DNA of 55,457 nt, filler included, from Bipalium vagum (taxonomy: Eukaryota), in assembly GCA_037834085.1 (NCBI GenBank). It is 3 parts of 3 records of this genome, joined end to end, with 100 filler letters (N's around TTAATTAATTAA, not from the genome) between each part and the next. Parts side by side here need not be neighbours in the genome. Positions count along the whole stretch, not along the records: positions 1 to 20,944 come from JBBMKC010244037.1; 2 more parts are not named here. One strand, 5' to 3'. The position numbers and the translations under genes were made by a program. A model generated the notes under the pieces. The model ran no database searches. It was not told the origin of the DNA and saw only the letters and a list, made by a program, of their open reading frames with translations. Below, piece by piece: positions 1 through 14,087 of this stretch (position 1 is its first letter; every line of letters begins with the position of its first letter).

Positions 1-121
1 GTAAACCAAAAGATTATGCCTCTATTGAAATATATTGTATTAATAAAATTTTTTATTTATGTATTACGTTTTGACTTGTATTTTAATTAAATGGGTAGGA
101 AGGGACTTTTGGCGCACCCTG
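1..121. mobile_element. Right end (TIR) of a young Tc1/mariner-superfamily element
   Basis: Ends ...GGCGCACCCTG followed by TA (122-123). Positions 48-123 are the reverse complement of 38961-39036 with 2 mismatches in 76 nt. Confidence 0.8.
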
Positions 122-123
122 TA

Positions 124-580
124 TATAATCTTTCACCATATTCAACACCATTTTTGCCCAAATCTTGCGAATAAAAGTTCAGATGATAATTCAAAAAGTG
201 TATTTTAAGGGACATCTCAACATTCATCTCTTTGAAAGCATCTAACAATTCAGAAATAGTTTTCTGGTATTCCACTGAACAGTGTTTACCTGTTAAAATT
301 AAATATTTCTTTATTTTGATATGGTAGCAGCCAGACACGGTATCTAGCAAAGCTTCCAATGTCTGACATTCAGTTGAATTTAGACTTTATTTGAAATGCA
401 TATTTCTCATTAATTTTCGTATTTGTGGTCCAACCAAAATCCCTTCTTTATATTTAGCCAATGATAATTTCGGGAAATATACGTTTAATATTTGAAGAGG
501 TTGGCTTGTGAGTTGTAAAGCTTTAATAAAGTTCTTGAAAAGACTTAGCCTGATATGACGAGCTGGTAATAGGATATTTT
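124..580 (-). mobile_element. Chapaev3-like (CMC superfamily) transposase remnant
   Basis: The minus strand reads NILLPARHIRLSLFKNFIKAL..FPKLSLAKYKEGILVGPQIRKLM..*..MSLKIHFLNYHLNFYSQDLG..EYGERLY. This matches the family pattern LPPLHIKLGLMKNFVKA/KEGIFVGPQIR/MSLKIHFLHSHLDFF..EHGERFHQ. It has an in-frame stop and is cut by the TIR at 1-121. The Chapaev3 label is from recall of the family. Confidence 0.7.
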
Positions 581-629
581 CAATTATAATTATTAATATA
601 TTTATTAATAATTAATAATATATATAATT

Positions 630-1055
630 TTCTGGGAATGGAATAGGTAACTTTCAATTCATAGATGGCATTATGACAGGAATTTTACAAAATTTTTGGG
701 TCATGAATTTGCCTCAATCGGCTAGGAAACTCGGACTCAGACGTCGATTTGTCTTCTAGCAAGGTAACGATCCGAAGCATACAACTGCAATTAAGAAGAA
801 ATGGTTGGTTGATAATAAAATTAAACATTAGATTGGCTTTCACAGTCACCTGATCTCAATATTATTGAGCATTTATGGGCAAATATTAAAGTTAGAGTAG
901 GAAAACGGGAACAGAGAAACGTTGAAGAAATGGAATTATTTTTAAGGAAGAATGGGATATTACTTCCTAGGAATTTCTCAAGAAACTTGTGGAATCAATA
1001 CCAAAACGAATCGCAGCTGTTATCAGGAGCCATGGAGGCAGTACAAAAATATTAA
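630..1055 (+). mobile_element. Tc1 (DD34E-type) transposase C-terminal remnant
   Basis: Reads LPQSARKLGLRRRFVF*QGNDPKHT..W.SQSPDLNIIEHLW..LVESIPKRIAAVIRSHGGSTK, with stops and frameshifts. Confidence 0.9.
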
Positions 1056-1871
1056 AACTGTTCATCTGAGTTAAACCAAATGTCTCAAGTTTTGATTGTT
1101 TTACGTTACTTATTCTTACACAATTTACATCTGTATACCAAAAGTTTTGTAATTCTTTGTAACATTCAAAAATATAATTTTAAAAATTTAAGTGTAGCAA
1201 AACTCAGGAACAAATACTATCAGATTAACATGAAGTTGACTTAATCTTGTTGAACGCTTGATCACAGGACCATTTATAATATCTCGTTTTCCAATCATTT
1301 ACTTTCTTGTCCACATGCTGTATATGTGTTGTGTACACTTTCAATGAATCTCAACACACACATATTTTTCAATCAAATATAATCAATAAAATTGTACAAA
1401 CCCCTTACTTGGTTGATACACTCAATACAAACTTCTCCTTCACAAGGCCTTTCTCTTCATCGTTTATCGTGAGAAGAAACGAGTAATCCTGAAAGTTGTC
1501 CGGTAGTGGTCTCTTTGTTTGAACACAAGATAAAAGAGACTTGCTCCTTTTGACAACTTTGGATTTTTTCAATGATTTCTTGTCTTGAACAGGGTTTTCA
1601 AAAACGGTAGCCTTTATCTTGTCTCTGTCCCAATGGTCAATCACATTCAATTTGTCATTGCTGAAAAAATAAAGGAAATTGATTAAAGTTTTGCGGTGCT
1701 CTGTTAATAATATTTACGTCATTATTTACGTTATTCATAAGAATTGAAAATGTGAAAACAAAATACTCTCGTTGCACACCATTTGAAAGCGGAGGAAGAG
1801 ACGTGTAACATACTTTTAATTATATTACGTTATATGTAGTTTGTGTATATATGTATTTATTCAGAAAAAGC

Positions 1872-2813
1872 ATGGATAAATTAGCAATCCGTATACTTCT
1901 GAAACATTACTGGAAGCAGATTTCAGAGCCATAGATGCTGCAAAGAAAATATGTGAAGCTGAAGGCGACAAATCAAAAGTAATACAAAAAATTTAACAAG
2001 GGTAACATGGACCTCAATGACTATCCTCGCAGTGGACGTCTCACCACTGTAGATTTGAAAGCTATTTTGAAAGCCGTAGAAATGAATCCATCAAATAATA
2101 CGCGTAGATTGTCTGCTGAGACCGTAACATCACAACCACCCGTGATTCATCATCTACAACATAACAAGCGATACAAGAGAGTTTCTGAAGTACCGTATGA
2201 TTTGACGCCAAGTCAAGCTGAATTCCATTTATCGATCTGTCGTCAAATATTAAATACTACAAATGATGAACGCTTTATACGTCGCATAGTCACGTACGAC
2301 GAAAAATGGATATATTTTTATAATCCGAACAGTAGAAATCAATGATTGGAACCAGGCCGGAAGCCCAAGGCTGTTCCGAAACAAGATAGGTTCGGAAAAA
2401 AATCATGTTGTGCATGTGATGGAACTTTGAGGGGATTATACACTTCAAAGTACTTCCAGATGGCCAAACCATTACTGCTGAGTTATATTCTGCTCAACTT
2501 GATCGGATGTACCAACAATTAGCCATAAAATATCCTTCTTTAGTCAACAGAAAGCGGGTACTTCTGCAACAGGATAATGCTCGTCCGTTACCCAATTAGA
2601 AGGAATTGAAATTTTACCACAGACTATATGCAGTCCAGATCTAACACCCAGCTATTACCACCTTTACCGATCAACGGCTCATTTCCTTAGAGGACGACAG
2701 TTTGAGAATATAGAACAGGTTGAAAATGGATGTCTTGAATTTTTCCTTTCCAAAGATAAAGCATGGTACCGAAGTGACATCGAACAACTTGCCCATCGTT
2801 GGATTAAGACAGT
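1872..2813 (+). mobile_element. Mariner (DD34D) transposase pseudogene, near full length
   Basis: MDKLAIRILLKHYWK..PRSGR..VPYDLT..IVTYDEKWIY..QQDNARP..SPDLTPSYYHLYRS..LAHRW, with several stops and frameshifts. Confidence 0.95.
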
Positions 2814-3430
2814 TTTTATTTTTCTGAATTGATCATTGATAGTGCTTGTGCGTTTTTTACTGAACGATTTTACTGAATAAATGTGGACAGCTCCTGGAGT
2901 TTAATTTCCAGATGGTTTACCTTTCTTAATACTAACAAAAGAAAAATAAAACTTTCACCAATTTATTGTAGACTCATCTCTTTGTTATCCCAAGGCTATT
3001 TTAAGACTGGAATTAATCTTGTATATTTTATCGTTTATGTTTAAACCTTTGGAATAGCCCTAGTATTTTAGGATCTGAAAGCTGAAGTGAGTTTCTTTGA
3101 TTTTTGCGATTTTTAATGGTCTTTAGTTCGATTCTTAGAATTTGAAGCTCGTTGACGATCGACTTTAATCCCCAGACTTATTCCACCGAATTAAATGATT
3201 TTAAAAGATCTAGCGTAGTCTTCGACGTGATATGTGCGCTCAAAGTTTCCACTGCAAACAACAGGAAGACTTAATTATGTTTCTAAAAGAAATTATTTTT
3301 AAAAAACAAGGAAACTTTGAATATAGATTTCTATTCGTTAATTGAGAACTTTCTTTTTAATTTTACTTTGTATTAGTTTGTGTCACAGGAAATGTCCGAT
3401 TTCAATATTAATTTTTTCACTCTTTTATAT

Positions 3431-3860
3431 TTAGGTTGGAAAAATAAATTATATTGCATTTTGAAATCCTCGAATTAAAATATAATATTTTCCTATTTGT
3501 TTAAATGATCCAATACATTGTTAGGAAATATCAGGAATTGGTAAACAAATAAATCCACAATTTAATTATAAGAATGGAAATTACGATAAGCAACTTTGGA
3601 AGCTGCTGAACATAATAATAATTTGGCATTCAACCAAGGAACAGCTAATGAACGCGCCAATAGGCCGTGTTATGTGAAATTCATAGAAGATGACGAGAGC
3701 CGATCAAATGCAGATCGTGGTAGCATTAATGAGAAAGACAATTTATTGGCCGAGGTGGAATTAAATTCAAGTCAAGCCGCTCTGGATTTTGCTAAAACAT
3801 TAATTGTCAGTTCCAAGACAATTGGATAACATTTGAAAGCGGTTGGTAGAGGTAAAAAGG
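3431..3860 (+). mobile_element. Mariner 5' remnant (TIR plus HTH region)
   Basis: Starts TTAGGTTGG. Encodes AAEHNNNLAFNQGTANER..DESRSNADRG..VSSKTIG*HLKAVGRGKK, resembling the Hsmar1/cecropia-type N-terminus. Confidence 0.75.
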
Positions 3861-5925
3861 TTTTAACATATTTCATTGTTTTTCACTATTTATCATGTAT
3901 TCGAACACAGTGTGACAAATACAATTTTTTGATACCCCATAATAATAATTATTATTATTATAATAAATTTATTTATCATATGAAATTCCTTTGAAAACAA
4001 AACACTCAACCTTTCCTTAATTCCCAAGATGACCAAATCGTTCAGCACAATCAAAGTGAAATTTATTTGATGTTTTTTGCTAATTTTTTTCAGGTTGGTA
4101 GGAAATTTCTGCAATGCTTCCAGAGCTCTGACCTGTCCTTCTTTGATCAATCTCCTTGTCAAAATGTCTCTTTTTGGATTCTGCAAATAAAAACTCACGA
4201 TGAGGGAAATAAATTTACAAATTGACACCCGATCATTGTTTCCATAATACTAAATAGATATGATCGAAAATGCTCTTTATAAAGAAATTTCGAATCTTTC
4301 CACAGACAATGTCCTCTTGAAATCTTTTTGGTGGAAACATATTTTCGAAATGGTATAAGCAAAATAAAAATAATTAATAAAAGTATTACTGAAATTTTTA
4401 AAAAATTAAAACTGAAAACTTTTCCATATCTGTGGCATCATACTAAATATTATTTTCCGTTTCAGAATAAAATTCGTCCTCGGTGTCTTCCAATAAATTT
4501 CGTACTTCGGTACCACTTATTTTCATCCTTTTAATCATTTTTCCAATTAATTGTCAATAAAAAATATTAATTTTTACACCAGTGTCTGAGTTACACTCCA
4601 TACGTGTACACCAGTTTTTAAAATTTAGAAATTTACGTCAAAATAAATGACGTAAATAGATGAAAATAATAACTTTATTATAATAAAAATTAACATATAT
4701 TTGAATGAAAGTGTAAATTTTAGGCCTTAGTTAAGTCAAACCATTTAATTATGCCTTTTGGCTTTCTTTCACCACAACTGATGTTAATATTGCTGTTCTT
4801 TGGACATATTTTAAACCGACGACTAGTATTAAAAAATTCAAAATTGATTAATCAATTTTATTGATAAGTTAGCTTACTTAAACAAAAGTAATTATATTGA
4901 AAACTCAAATAGTCTTCTTTTAATATAAATTTGAAAAATTTTCACATTTATATCGGAGACCCTGTACTAACAAATTAAAAACAAAATTTTACAGCATATA
5001 TTTGAAAATAATTCAAAAATATATTACACGTAAAATAAAATTTTTCAAAGATTGTAGTTTCTATAACTTTTGGAAAAAGGTTTGTGAGTCCAAATCAGAT
5101 AACAGGATTAATTTTATTACAAAGTCTTACTTTTACAAAACGAATATAATTATAATAATATTTTAAAAATAATAATAAATTAATAATTTCTTAAGAGATA
5201 TTTTCACTATTATATACCTTTCCAAAAACAAGCATTTTAGACAGTTCTACAACTCGAGATTCCGGTTTTGGCTCCTCGTTTTCTTGGATAACCTAAATTA
5301 ATAAACCATTTGAGCAATTAAATTAAATAATTGTAATGTTATACTATTTTTAATAAAATAATAATCCATATTATTAAACCATTTCAGAACTTAAAATTAA
5401 TTTTCTTAATTTTGATATTCAAAGTTTTGAAAACTAATTTGGAATAATATTATCTTATAATTAATATAATCTTTTATTATTTTTTATTGAGGAGTATTGT
5501 GAACATAGTCTCTTACACCTTAAATAATATTAATAATAATAGATATATACATATTCTCCAATAATTATCCGAACGATGATATGTAAATATTTTCAAGATA
5601 ATTTCTGTATGGAAAATCAACACTTTGAAATAAATTTTTGGTGTACATAATACTTTAATTTTCAATTCGTTTATTTATAAGTGTTTTTGTAGAATTGTTA
5701 TCAAGAAAATATTTAAATAATCGTAATTAAAATTATTTTATGGATATGAATGCACAATAAATATCCGTTCGACCTTAAATTTTAATGGAAATAACATTAT
5801 ATTTATATTAAATAGTAAAAAAATCTTTGTTTAAACCTTTTATTAATGTAAGTAAGACTAGTTAATTTTTAAATTCTTGTATTTTTACAATTTTTTCTAC
5901 ATTTGTTTCAGAAGTGAATATTTTA

Positions 5926-6320
5926 ATGGGTAAAAAGACAAAAGAATATTCTAATGACTTCCGAAATGCTGTTGTGACGATGAGAAAAGAGAAATATAGT
6001 ATGGGTCACATATCAAATATTCTAAAATGTTCAAAATCCAGCATTTAATATATTTTGGAAAAGTTTTCTTGTAATGAAAGCCTGAAAAACAGTCCCGGAC
6101 GAGGAAGACGAAAAATAAAAACACCAAAAGAGGATCGAATAATCCAAAGAATTTTTAAGAAAGATCGGCGAACATCAGCTGATAAAGTGAGCATAGTCAT
6201 TAAGGAGCAAATTGCATATTAATTTCCAAGTAAACTGTGATAAACAGACTTTCAGACATAGGGTTACATGGGAGGATGGCACGGAAGAAACCTTTAATTT
6301 CGAAGATAAATCAGAAAGCA
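5926..6320 (+). mobile_element. Tc1 transposase N-terminal (paired-like HTH) remnant
   Basis: MGKKTKEYSNDFRNAVV..KCSKSSI*YIL..SPGRGRRK..EDRIIQR..TVINRLSDIGLHGRMARKKPLIS. Confidence 0.88.
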
Positions 6321-6999
6321 TGGGTAAGAGAACTGTTTAACTCTTCAACCGATTGGAATAACTCCAATTTATATATATAATATTATACAATAATTTGTTA
6401 TACATTTTTATTATGAAAAAATCATTATTAAATATAAAATTTAAAATATTATTTTTAGTATATTTATTATTATTATTTTCTTCTGGAATTCAATGGATTT
6501 GAGCAACTAAAATGCACAAGACTTTTGTATAAGGTCACCATAAGACGGTCTTTTTGCTATTTTTACTCACTGATTTTATTTAAGAAAAAAGATTTTACTT
6601 CAGGTTTGGATTCCAGTAAGGAAACTTTGGAATTGATTGGAACTATCTGCAAGTCTTGTGAATTGTTTGTGGAAATATCAGATACAGGAGTCTCCAAAAT
6701 GGGAACACTGGTTTCCTCCTCTTGAAGGGGTTCCTAAACAAGATTTGAGTACTTACTAATAAAAAAAATCTCTAAAAAAGCAATTTCTGATGACGAAAGT
6801 TCCTAAAAAATTGCAAAGAATTAATAATTAAAGTAAACGAGCCTCATTGAATTAAAAACAGTTCCAATTCAATTAAGTTTTTTTCATAATGTTTTTTCTA
6901 ACTAATGTAAGCTATGGGTAAAAAGTCGTGAACACTTTATAAAATACCCATAATATTAAAAAACTGGGATTAATGGTGTTAAGATCATGAACAGCCACG

Positions 7000-7760
7000 T
7001 ACAATTTAAGGATTACTAGTCTGTGGAACCACTTGACATCAATTTGACACATGATTATAGTCTTCGTTGGATTGACAGAGTCTGATTTTCAAAATATTCT
7101 TCGGTACTGGTCTTTATGTGAATATTGCTCTTTTATTTTAATCGGAGTCAGGTATTTTCAATTGGATTCAAATTTGGGCTCTGCTATAACTGATCCAACG
7201 TTTTCCAATTGTTTTCTGTATGAAAGTTTTCATAAATTTACTAAGATAACAGAGAGCTCTATAATCTTGCAAGATCCACTTAGAGTCACAAAACGCAGAA
7301 GTAGCTGTTAGTCGAACATATGCGTCGAAAATCTTTAAATCCCAGTCTGAGTTGCACCTCTCACCAGTATTAAAATGTATCATTTGTGCTGCAGTAAATG
7401 CTCCCTCTAAAATGACTCAACCAGGATATTTAATGGAGACAATCTCAAAATAATTTCGATTCATTTGCTTCTATCCCATCTCTTCGGTGTTTGCTGTGAT
7501 TATGAATGGAAATTCTTGTTCCATACGTAAATACCAAAATTCTCTTTCAATAACATGTTTTAACTGACTGGGCGACTTCTTCATACATTTAACAAACATG
7601 TCGAACTTTTTGTTTTCTTCCTACATTTTACAGGTTTTTTCCTAAATGATGCTGTTGCTCATGTTGCTAAACGATCTTTGGTATTACTCCGCTTGGGGCT
7701 CCCACAAAAATACACACTTATTATTCTGAAACCCATTACAAGTTCACATGAAAATATTCA
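7000..7760 (-). mobile_element. Degenerate Tc1-like transposase
   Basis: The minus strand contains KYPG*VILEGAF, WILQDYRALCY (degenerate QDDNAPCH) and SPNLNPIENT* motifs. Confidence 0.7.
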
Positions 7761-10700
7761 CTATTTTCATATACAGAGCGCTACTGCTTTTAATAGCTAA
7801 ATCAAAAGAATGAACAGAAACCCAATTTTATAAAATGTATCTTAAATGTATCTTTAAAAAATAATAAATGATATTATTTTTACTTTTTTAAAAAAAAATT
7901 TCATTGGAAAGAAATACCTGATTTTCTCCATTCAAAGATTTGATTTTAAAATTCTTCTCAGACGTGATTGTTTGGAATCCAGATCTGAAAAGACAAAACG
8001 TATTGAGTAATAATAATAATAATAAATAATAATAAAAAGAAAAAGACAGGGACTACAGATCATTTTTATACTTGTCTTTAGCACTTGTCTTATCGCTTCA
8101 TTCAATGAAATGAAATTAACTGAACCAATATATGGGTCTTATTAATTGTTAGTAAACAATTATAGTTAGCTAATTATACCAAGTGTGTACTATAATATGA
8201 TAATGATCTCGAAAGGCAAAGAAATTAAGGAGGTATTTTTAAATTTACCCCACTTCCTAAATATTGAATATTTATTTTTTCCAGTTCTCTATAAGTCCTA
8301 AACAAAGTATTCCCATAAACACTTCTTGATTTTGTCTATTTTGCACTAAATGTTTTATAAAAACACTGTTATAAGCCTGTTCAGTGATTAATAATATAAT
8401 GTATCATATCATTTAATGATAATTTTCGTAGATAATTTATATTCCATTTAATAAATGTATTGAAGAAAAGGTAATTCATTAAAACAAAAATTTGAAATTA
8501 TTACTCTATTTTAAAAAAACACTAAAAGTCAGAATTTTTATCATTAATAATATGACATCATTACTTTCATTACATTTATATTTATATTTTGGTCAATATG
8601 CATTTTTGCCAAAATAATTTTTCACCATTATTAATGTTGAAATTTGATAGTTATCTTTGAAATATAAATAATGTAGGATGATTCTTGAAAGTGATTTTTT
8701 GTTTTACTATACCATGGCCAAACGGAAATTTGAAACCCCGTCAAGGTTTCCGATGTTTTATTATTAAAATAGTGGTACATGAATGTTAATAAATCATTAA
8801 ATATTTATGATTTCCTTCTTATTCATAAAGCTCCTAATTATACGAGATAATACCAATTTTACTTTTATTCACAAAAAACTAATCAGATCTCAATTGTAAA
8901 TGGATCACATTACCTTTTCACTATCTTATTATTATTATACTATCCATCATGGCTTCATATCAAAAATCTATTTAGTTATTATCATTCATTGGCCATTCAA
9001 CGTTCTATTACCTTTACCTTACCATTATTATGAACTTAGATTGACCTTTACAACATATAATAAGCGAAAGATCAGTTTTCATGAATTTATTATATCAGGT
9101 TATCTGATTGAAAGTCTGGTGTCTTCCCTTTAGCGGGAAAAGCAATATTTTACAGATATATCAATATTAATTAAAATAATCAAAACCAGAATCTCAAGCT
9201 CTTTTTATCTGTGAAATCTCTGAATTTGTTGTTTTTGATTTATTCATTGTCCAAATTCTTTCCAGGAATCTTGTTCCATAATCTGTTTCATTTATAATAA
9301 TTAGTCTCCATCAATCGATTCAAATCCAATTACAAAATGATGAATTTGATTTTACTTATATATTTGATTCTCATTGCTTTTGTTTGAGCCTCAGCTGATC
9401 GGAATTTCGATTCAAAATTATTTTTTTATTATTATTAATTTATTTCCTTTAATTTATTGCTCAACTAATCAGGTTAAATATATTAATTATTTTATCATTA
9501 ATAATTATAATTTATAATAACTTGTTAATTTTAAAGTTTAATTTTTCTCTATGATTTTCATTTAATTTTTAATCTTTAATTTATTTATAAAGAATATCGT
9601 ATAGTGTTAACTGGGAGTAGAACGGAAGCGGTTTGATTTTCTGTTTTTCAATTATACATTTCAGATATACACACACACACACATATATATATATATATTA
9701 AGATTCGGTTAATATTTTTATATTGATGTACAATATAACTAATCAATAAAATAATATTTTTTAAATAAAAGTTTTTAATAAACAGTTTTGAAAGTAAACA
9801 ATTTTATTTCAGTTAATGCTACTGTCATACATATTTTGAACTGTTTCTTTTAGATCATCTTCTGTCAACATTTACATCTGCTTTGTTTATATTTGCAAAA
9901 TTATAATTCTTAATATTAGGTTGTCCAATAAATTCATACGTGTCATTAAAACCAAATTCAATATATATTATTCCCATTTTTATTGACTTATTCTAAAGGA
10001 TATTGATTACTCTTTCTAAAGGAAACTTTTTGTTCTATGTTCATAATATTCTTTTTAATATTCCAATTCAATATTTATATGTTCCAAAGCCTCAGAATCA
10101 TAATAAAATATCATAACTATCTTTAATTAAATTTAAGACAATTTTTAAAATATTAAAGGAAATATTTTGAATTTGATGATGATTATACATTATGGTTAGG
10201 ATATATACTCATGCTCAAAAGTGTTAGCCATGTAGAATTTATTATGAAAAACGTAGAAATATCTACATATATTTTTACAATTTACTCCTATTAATAATGT
10301 TAATAATAATATTTAATTTTATAAATTATTATTATATAAAATTATAAATTATTTTAATTTTAAAATGAACTATGTCAATCTCACAAACAGACGAAACCAA
10401 AATCAAACTGATATTCCTCCTATGAAACAATTTCAGAAAAATAAAACCATACCTGAGAAAATCGTTTCAGTTCAAATAATTTTTCATTTATTTGCAAAGA
10501 AAATTGTTTAACTTATAAATTTTCAATCATCACTTGCTTTAGTTTCATTCATAAATAATAATAATGTCAAAAAATTATTTATTGTTATAATATAAACTTG
10601 AAATAAATGAAAATTATATTTAATTAAAACAAAGTTTTTTTCAGATTTTTAAATATGGTTTATATTTGGTATAATATTTTTATTTATATTAGAAATCAGT

Positions 10701-10849
10701 TCCTCTTTCCGAATTTTATTATTCAAATAAATTAATTTGAAAATGAAAAAAAACAACTAATATTTTATAAATTAATTTTCAATTAATTAACCAAAAGTAC
10801 ATCACTGTAATATTATCTAAGAATTATTAATAAAGGGAAAAAATCTGAA

Positions 10850-10945
10850 GTGTTTCTAATGAACCTGGAAGCGAATGTCAGTCATGTAGCGCCAAGAATT
10901 AAAGACTTAATTCATAATGAAAAAAATTGACAACTTTCACAATAA
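10850..10945 (+). mobile_element. Possible hAT (Buster/Charlie-like) transposase C-terminal tail
   Basis: LMNLEANVSHVAPRIKDLIHNEKN*QLSQ* resembles the LS.I.PRI..L...KQ.Q.SH* terminus. Confidence 0.35.
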
Positions 10946-12105
10946 TTATGTTTTTTTATTCAGAAATACAAATAATTTCAAAGTTTTTTTTTTCGAAAAA
11001 CTTTTTTCAAAGCAATTAATAATATATCTCTTAATGAAAAATTAACGTCTTAGAAATATATTCAATGAACGTCGTTTCCTCCTCCGACTCTGAAAAAACA
11101 GAATATTTCCCCTTTCTTGTAAAAGTTTTTGTCAACGAAGTTCAGTTGAAATTCATGTCATATATATTTTTCTAAAATCATATTAATAATATTGATTAAA
11201 TTTTTGCGCTGTAATAAGTTTAATTACAAGCCGTTATATTATTTGTCTTTCAAATAACGAATCTCTCTGAAAAAAAGAATATATATATATATATATATGA
11301 ACTTAATATGGAGAATATCTAAATATATCATAGTAAAATATAGGCAGTAGTTTGTTGTCTAATTCTCCTCTCCCTACCTCTATGGTAGATAACAAACGAC
11401 TGTTGAGATGAAAGATATATACTCATATTGGGTCAGTGGTGGCGCCTCTTATTTGTTAGTTGGCGCCAGGTATTGCTTAAATTTGAATCAATTGTCTTGG
11501 TAGATTTTATTATTAGATAGATGCTTATTAACAGAATAAAAAAATAAATAACATGAATTGCTTGTTTTTAGTTTTCTCATTTTGATTATAAATTGTCTGT
11601 TTTAATATTTGAGGATGAGGTCATAAATTTGTTTGTTCAGATCAATTAATTTCCCTTCTCAGATTTTGATTTACAGTTGACTTTTTGAAATATTTTCCAC
11701 GATAATATGTTTTCGCTCACTAAGAGAAAATTGTTTGGTGTTTTTTGCCCTGTTGTTTTATTTAGAGCGATATGGACAATTTTTTTTATTCTTGAATTGA
11801 AATTCGTTTTATTATTATTAATATATTCTACCAAGTTAGACACTTAGTAATAATTGTCAGTTATTTTATTGCCACAGCCATTGAGGATTTATTAAAATGT
11901 CATTTTCATTGAATTTATTTCTAAAATAATCGATAGAGGAAAAAAAACGTCTGCTGAAATACAATTTTCATGACTTTTGAAAAGAGAAAAACTGTGTAAA
12001 GTCCTTCGCCAATTAAAACAAAAAATGAATGATTATTGATTGATTTTGGTGATAATTGGATTTTTTTCTCATTTTCAACAAAGAATAATGCCATATTTGT
12101 TTTAA

Positions 12106-12510
<405 letters not shown>

Positions 12511-14087
12511 TTGAATATTCATTTCTATTGCGTTCTATGATGATCATTGTCTATTTATTTGTCTGATTTTTTTACATCAATTTTCTACATTTTTTGTTAT
12601 TGCACTCGTTTCGATTTTGTGATACGTTTTGTTTTGTTTTAAATGCCGTTATTGTTTTTTTTTCTTTTAAGAGGGTATCACAATGATCTGTGGCTGTGTT
12701 AGAATGTGATGGAGGCTCTTGTAAATATGTCATGGTGATTTTCATAATGATTTTCGGAAATTCATTAACGGATTATGACTTCAGGTGCGGCGTGGTGGGA
12801 AAATAATTTATGAAAAGATGGCTTAACTTTTCCTCCTTGACAACTGTTTGAATTTTAGAATTTATTGTCAACATTCGATAAAGAATTCATACAACGTGCT
12901 TAGTCCTTCATTGTAAAGAATATGAATTTTCCTGTGGAAAACTGTTTTACACAATTATTTTTAACTTTATATGCATTTCAAGTGTTATTGGTGATACAAA
13001 TGTGGTGGCCAGTTGGTGTATTGTATTGATTCCAACGGTTAATTTTGGAGATTGTGTTTAATATATTAAAATTTCTGGTTTAATTTTTATTTAAATTATA
13101 ATTCATTATAACTCAAATATCAATTAGGAACTTATCGAGTTTCAGTTACATAAAACTTTGTTCAGCCTTTTGTGGTTATTTGTCTTTTGAAGAAATCCGT
13201 TCTGACTTTTAGTCTTAAATAGAGTCGTAATTTCAATTTTTTGTTTTAATGAATTAATTTTTCTTTAATACATTTATTAAATGGAATATAAATTATCTAC
13301 GAAAATTATGTTATAAATTTATGTATTTTTTTAAAATATTAATTTGGGTGCTCAATGAATTTTGAAATAAAATTATTTTGTTTTAATATATATTAAATTA
13401 AACATTGGTTTGGCTGAAATATGTTTTTATCGTTCTCTTATGTCATTTGTTTATTCTAATAAACATTATCGTTAAGCTATTCAACGCTTAATGTGGTTAA
13501 GTTGCCTCAAATAATGAACACGAAACATTGCAATTTCTTCATATTATATTATTATGATCAAATTTATCATGAGATAATTAATAATTGTCTTGGTATTTCT
13601 TTTATGATTTTGTGAATTATCGTCATTTAGTATGACAATCGTATAAGAAACACCCTCATGAAACGGTACTACTTGATTAAAAATTGAGAGCTAAAACTAT
13701 GTTACAGTCTATTTGATTTATGAGAAGCCATAAAAGTGTGGTAAAGAGACGCGGAATGCTGAGAAACTTACTATTTGTTGTTGCGGTACATATTTTGGAT
13801 CACTTTTCCATTATTTTGACTGTGATTCTGGAAATTTATTGCAAAAATACCATTTCGATCTTATAATGATCGGAAAAAGAAAATTTCATTGACCTTTTTT
13901 CATCAACATATGTCGCAAAAATTTTCAAACAAGTTGCCAAAAAAAATCAAATTTGAGAATTGTCATTGAAAAAATCTAAGACTTGCATCATAGTTCTCGG
14001 ACATGTTTTCAGAATTGAAAAGAATATAATTAAAGGTAATCTGTGAGTCTAATTAAAGTTTAGCTTAATTAAATTTTAATAATCAAA

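Larger units (their letters stand above)
1250..9400 (-). pseudogene. Multi-exon gene of unknown function, probably degenerate
   Basis: AG/GT-bounded open exons at 7918-7984, 6599-6733 (EPLQEEETSVPIL..), 5218-5292 (VIQENEEPKPES..), 4011-4180 (NPKRDILTRRLIKEG..) and 1409-1660 (NDKLNVIDHWDRDK..). Further exon-like blocks at 3047-3251 and ~4420-4525 contain single in-frame stops. No family recognised; outer limits are approximate. Confidence 0.5.

Noticed and set aside
3047-4525. Stop-codon reassignment or readthrough in the minus-strand gene
   Set aside because: All three stop types occur across its exon-like blocks, and neighbouring genes terminate normally with TAA or TGA. Pseudogenisation is simpler.
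6780-6814. CTGATGA-C-GAAA hammerhead-like core
   Set aside because: There is no stem II, stem I is out of register, and the site overlaps a minus-strand splice acceptor. Likely chance.
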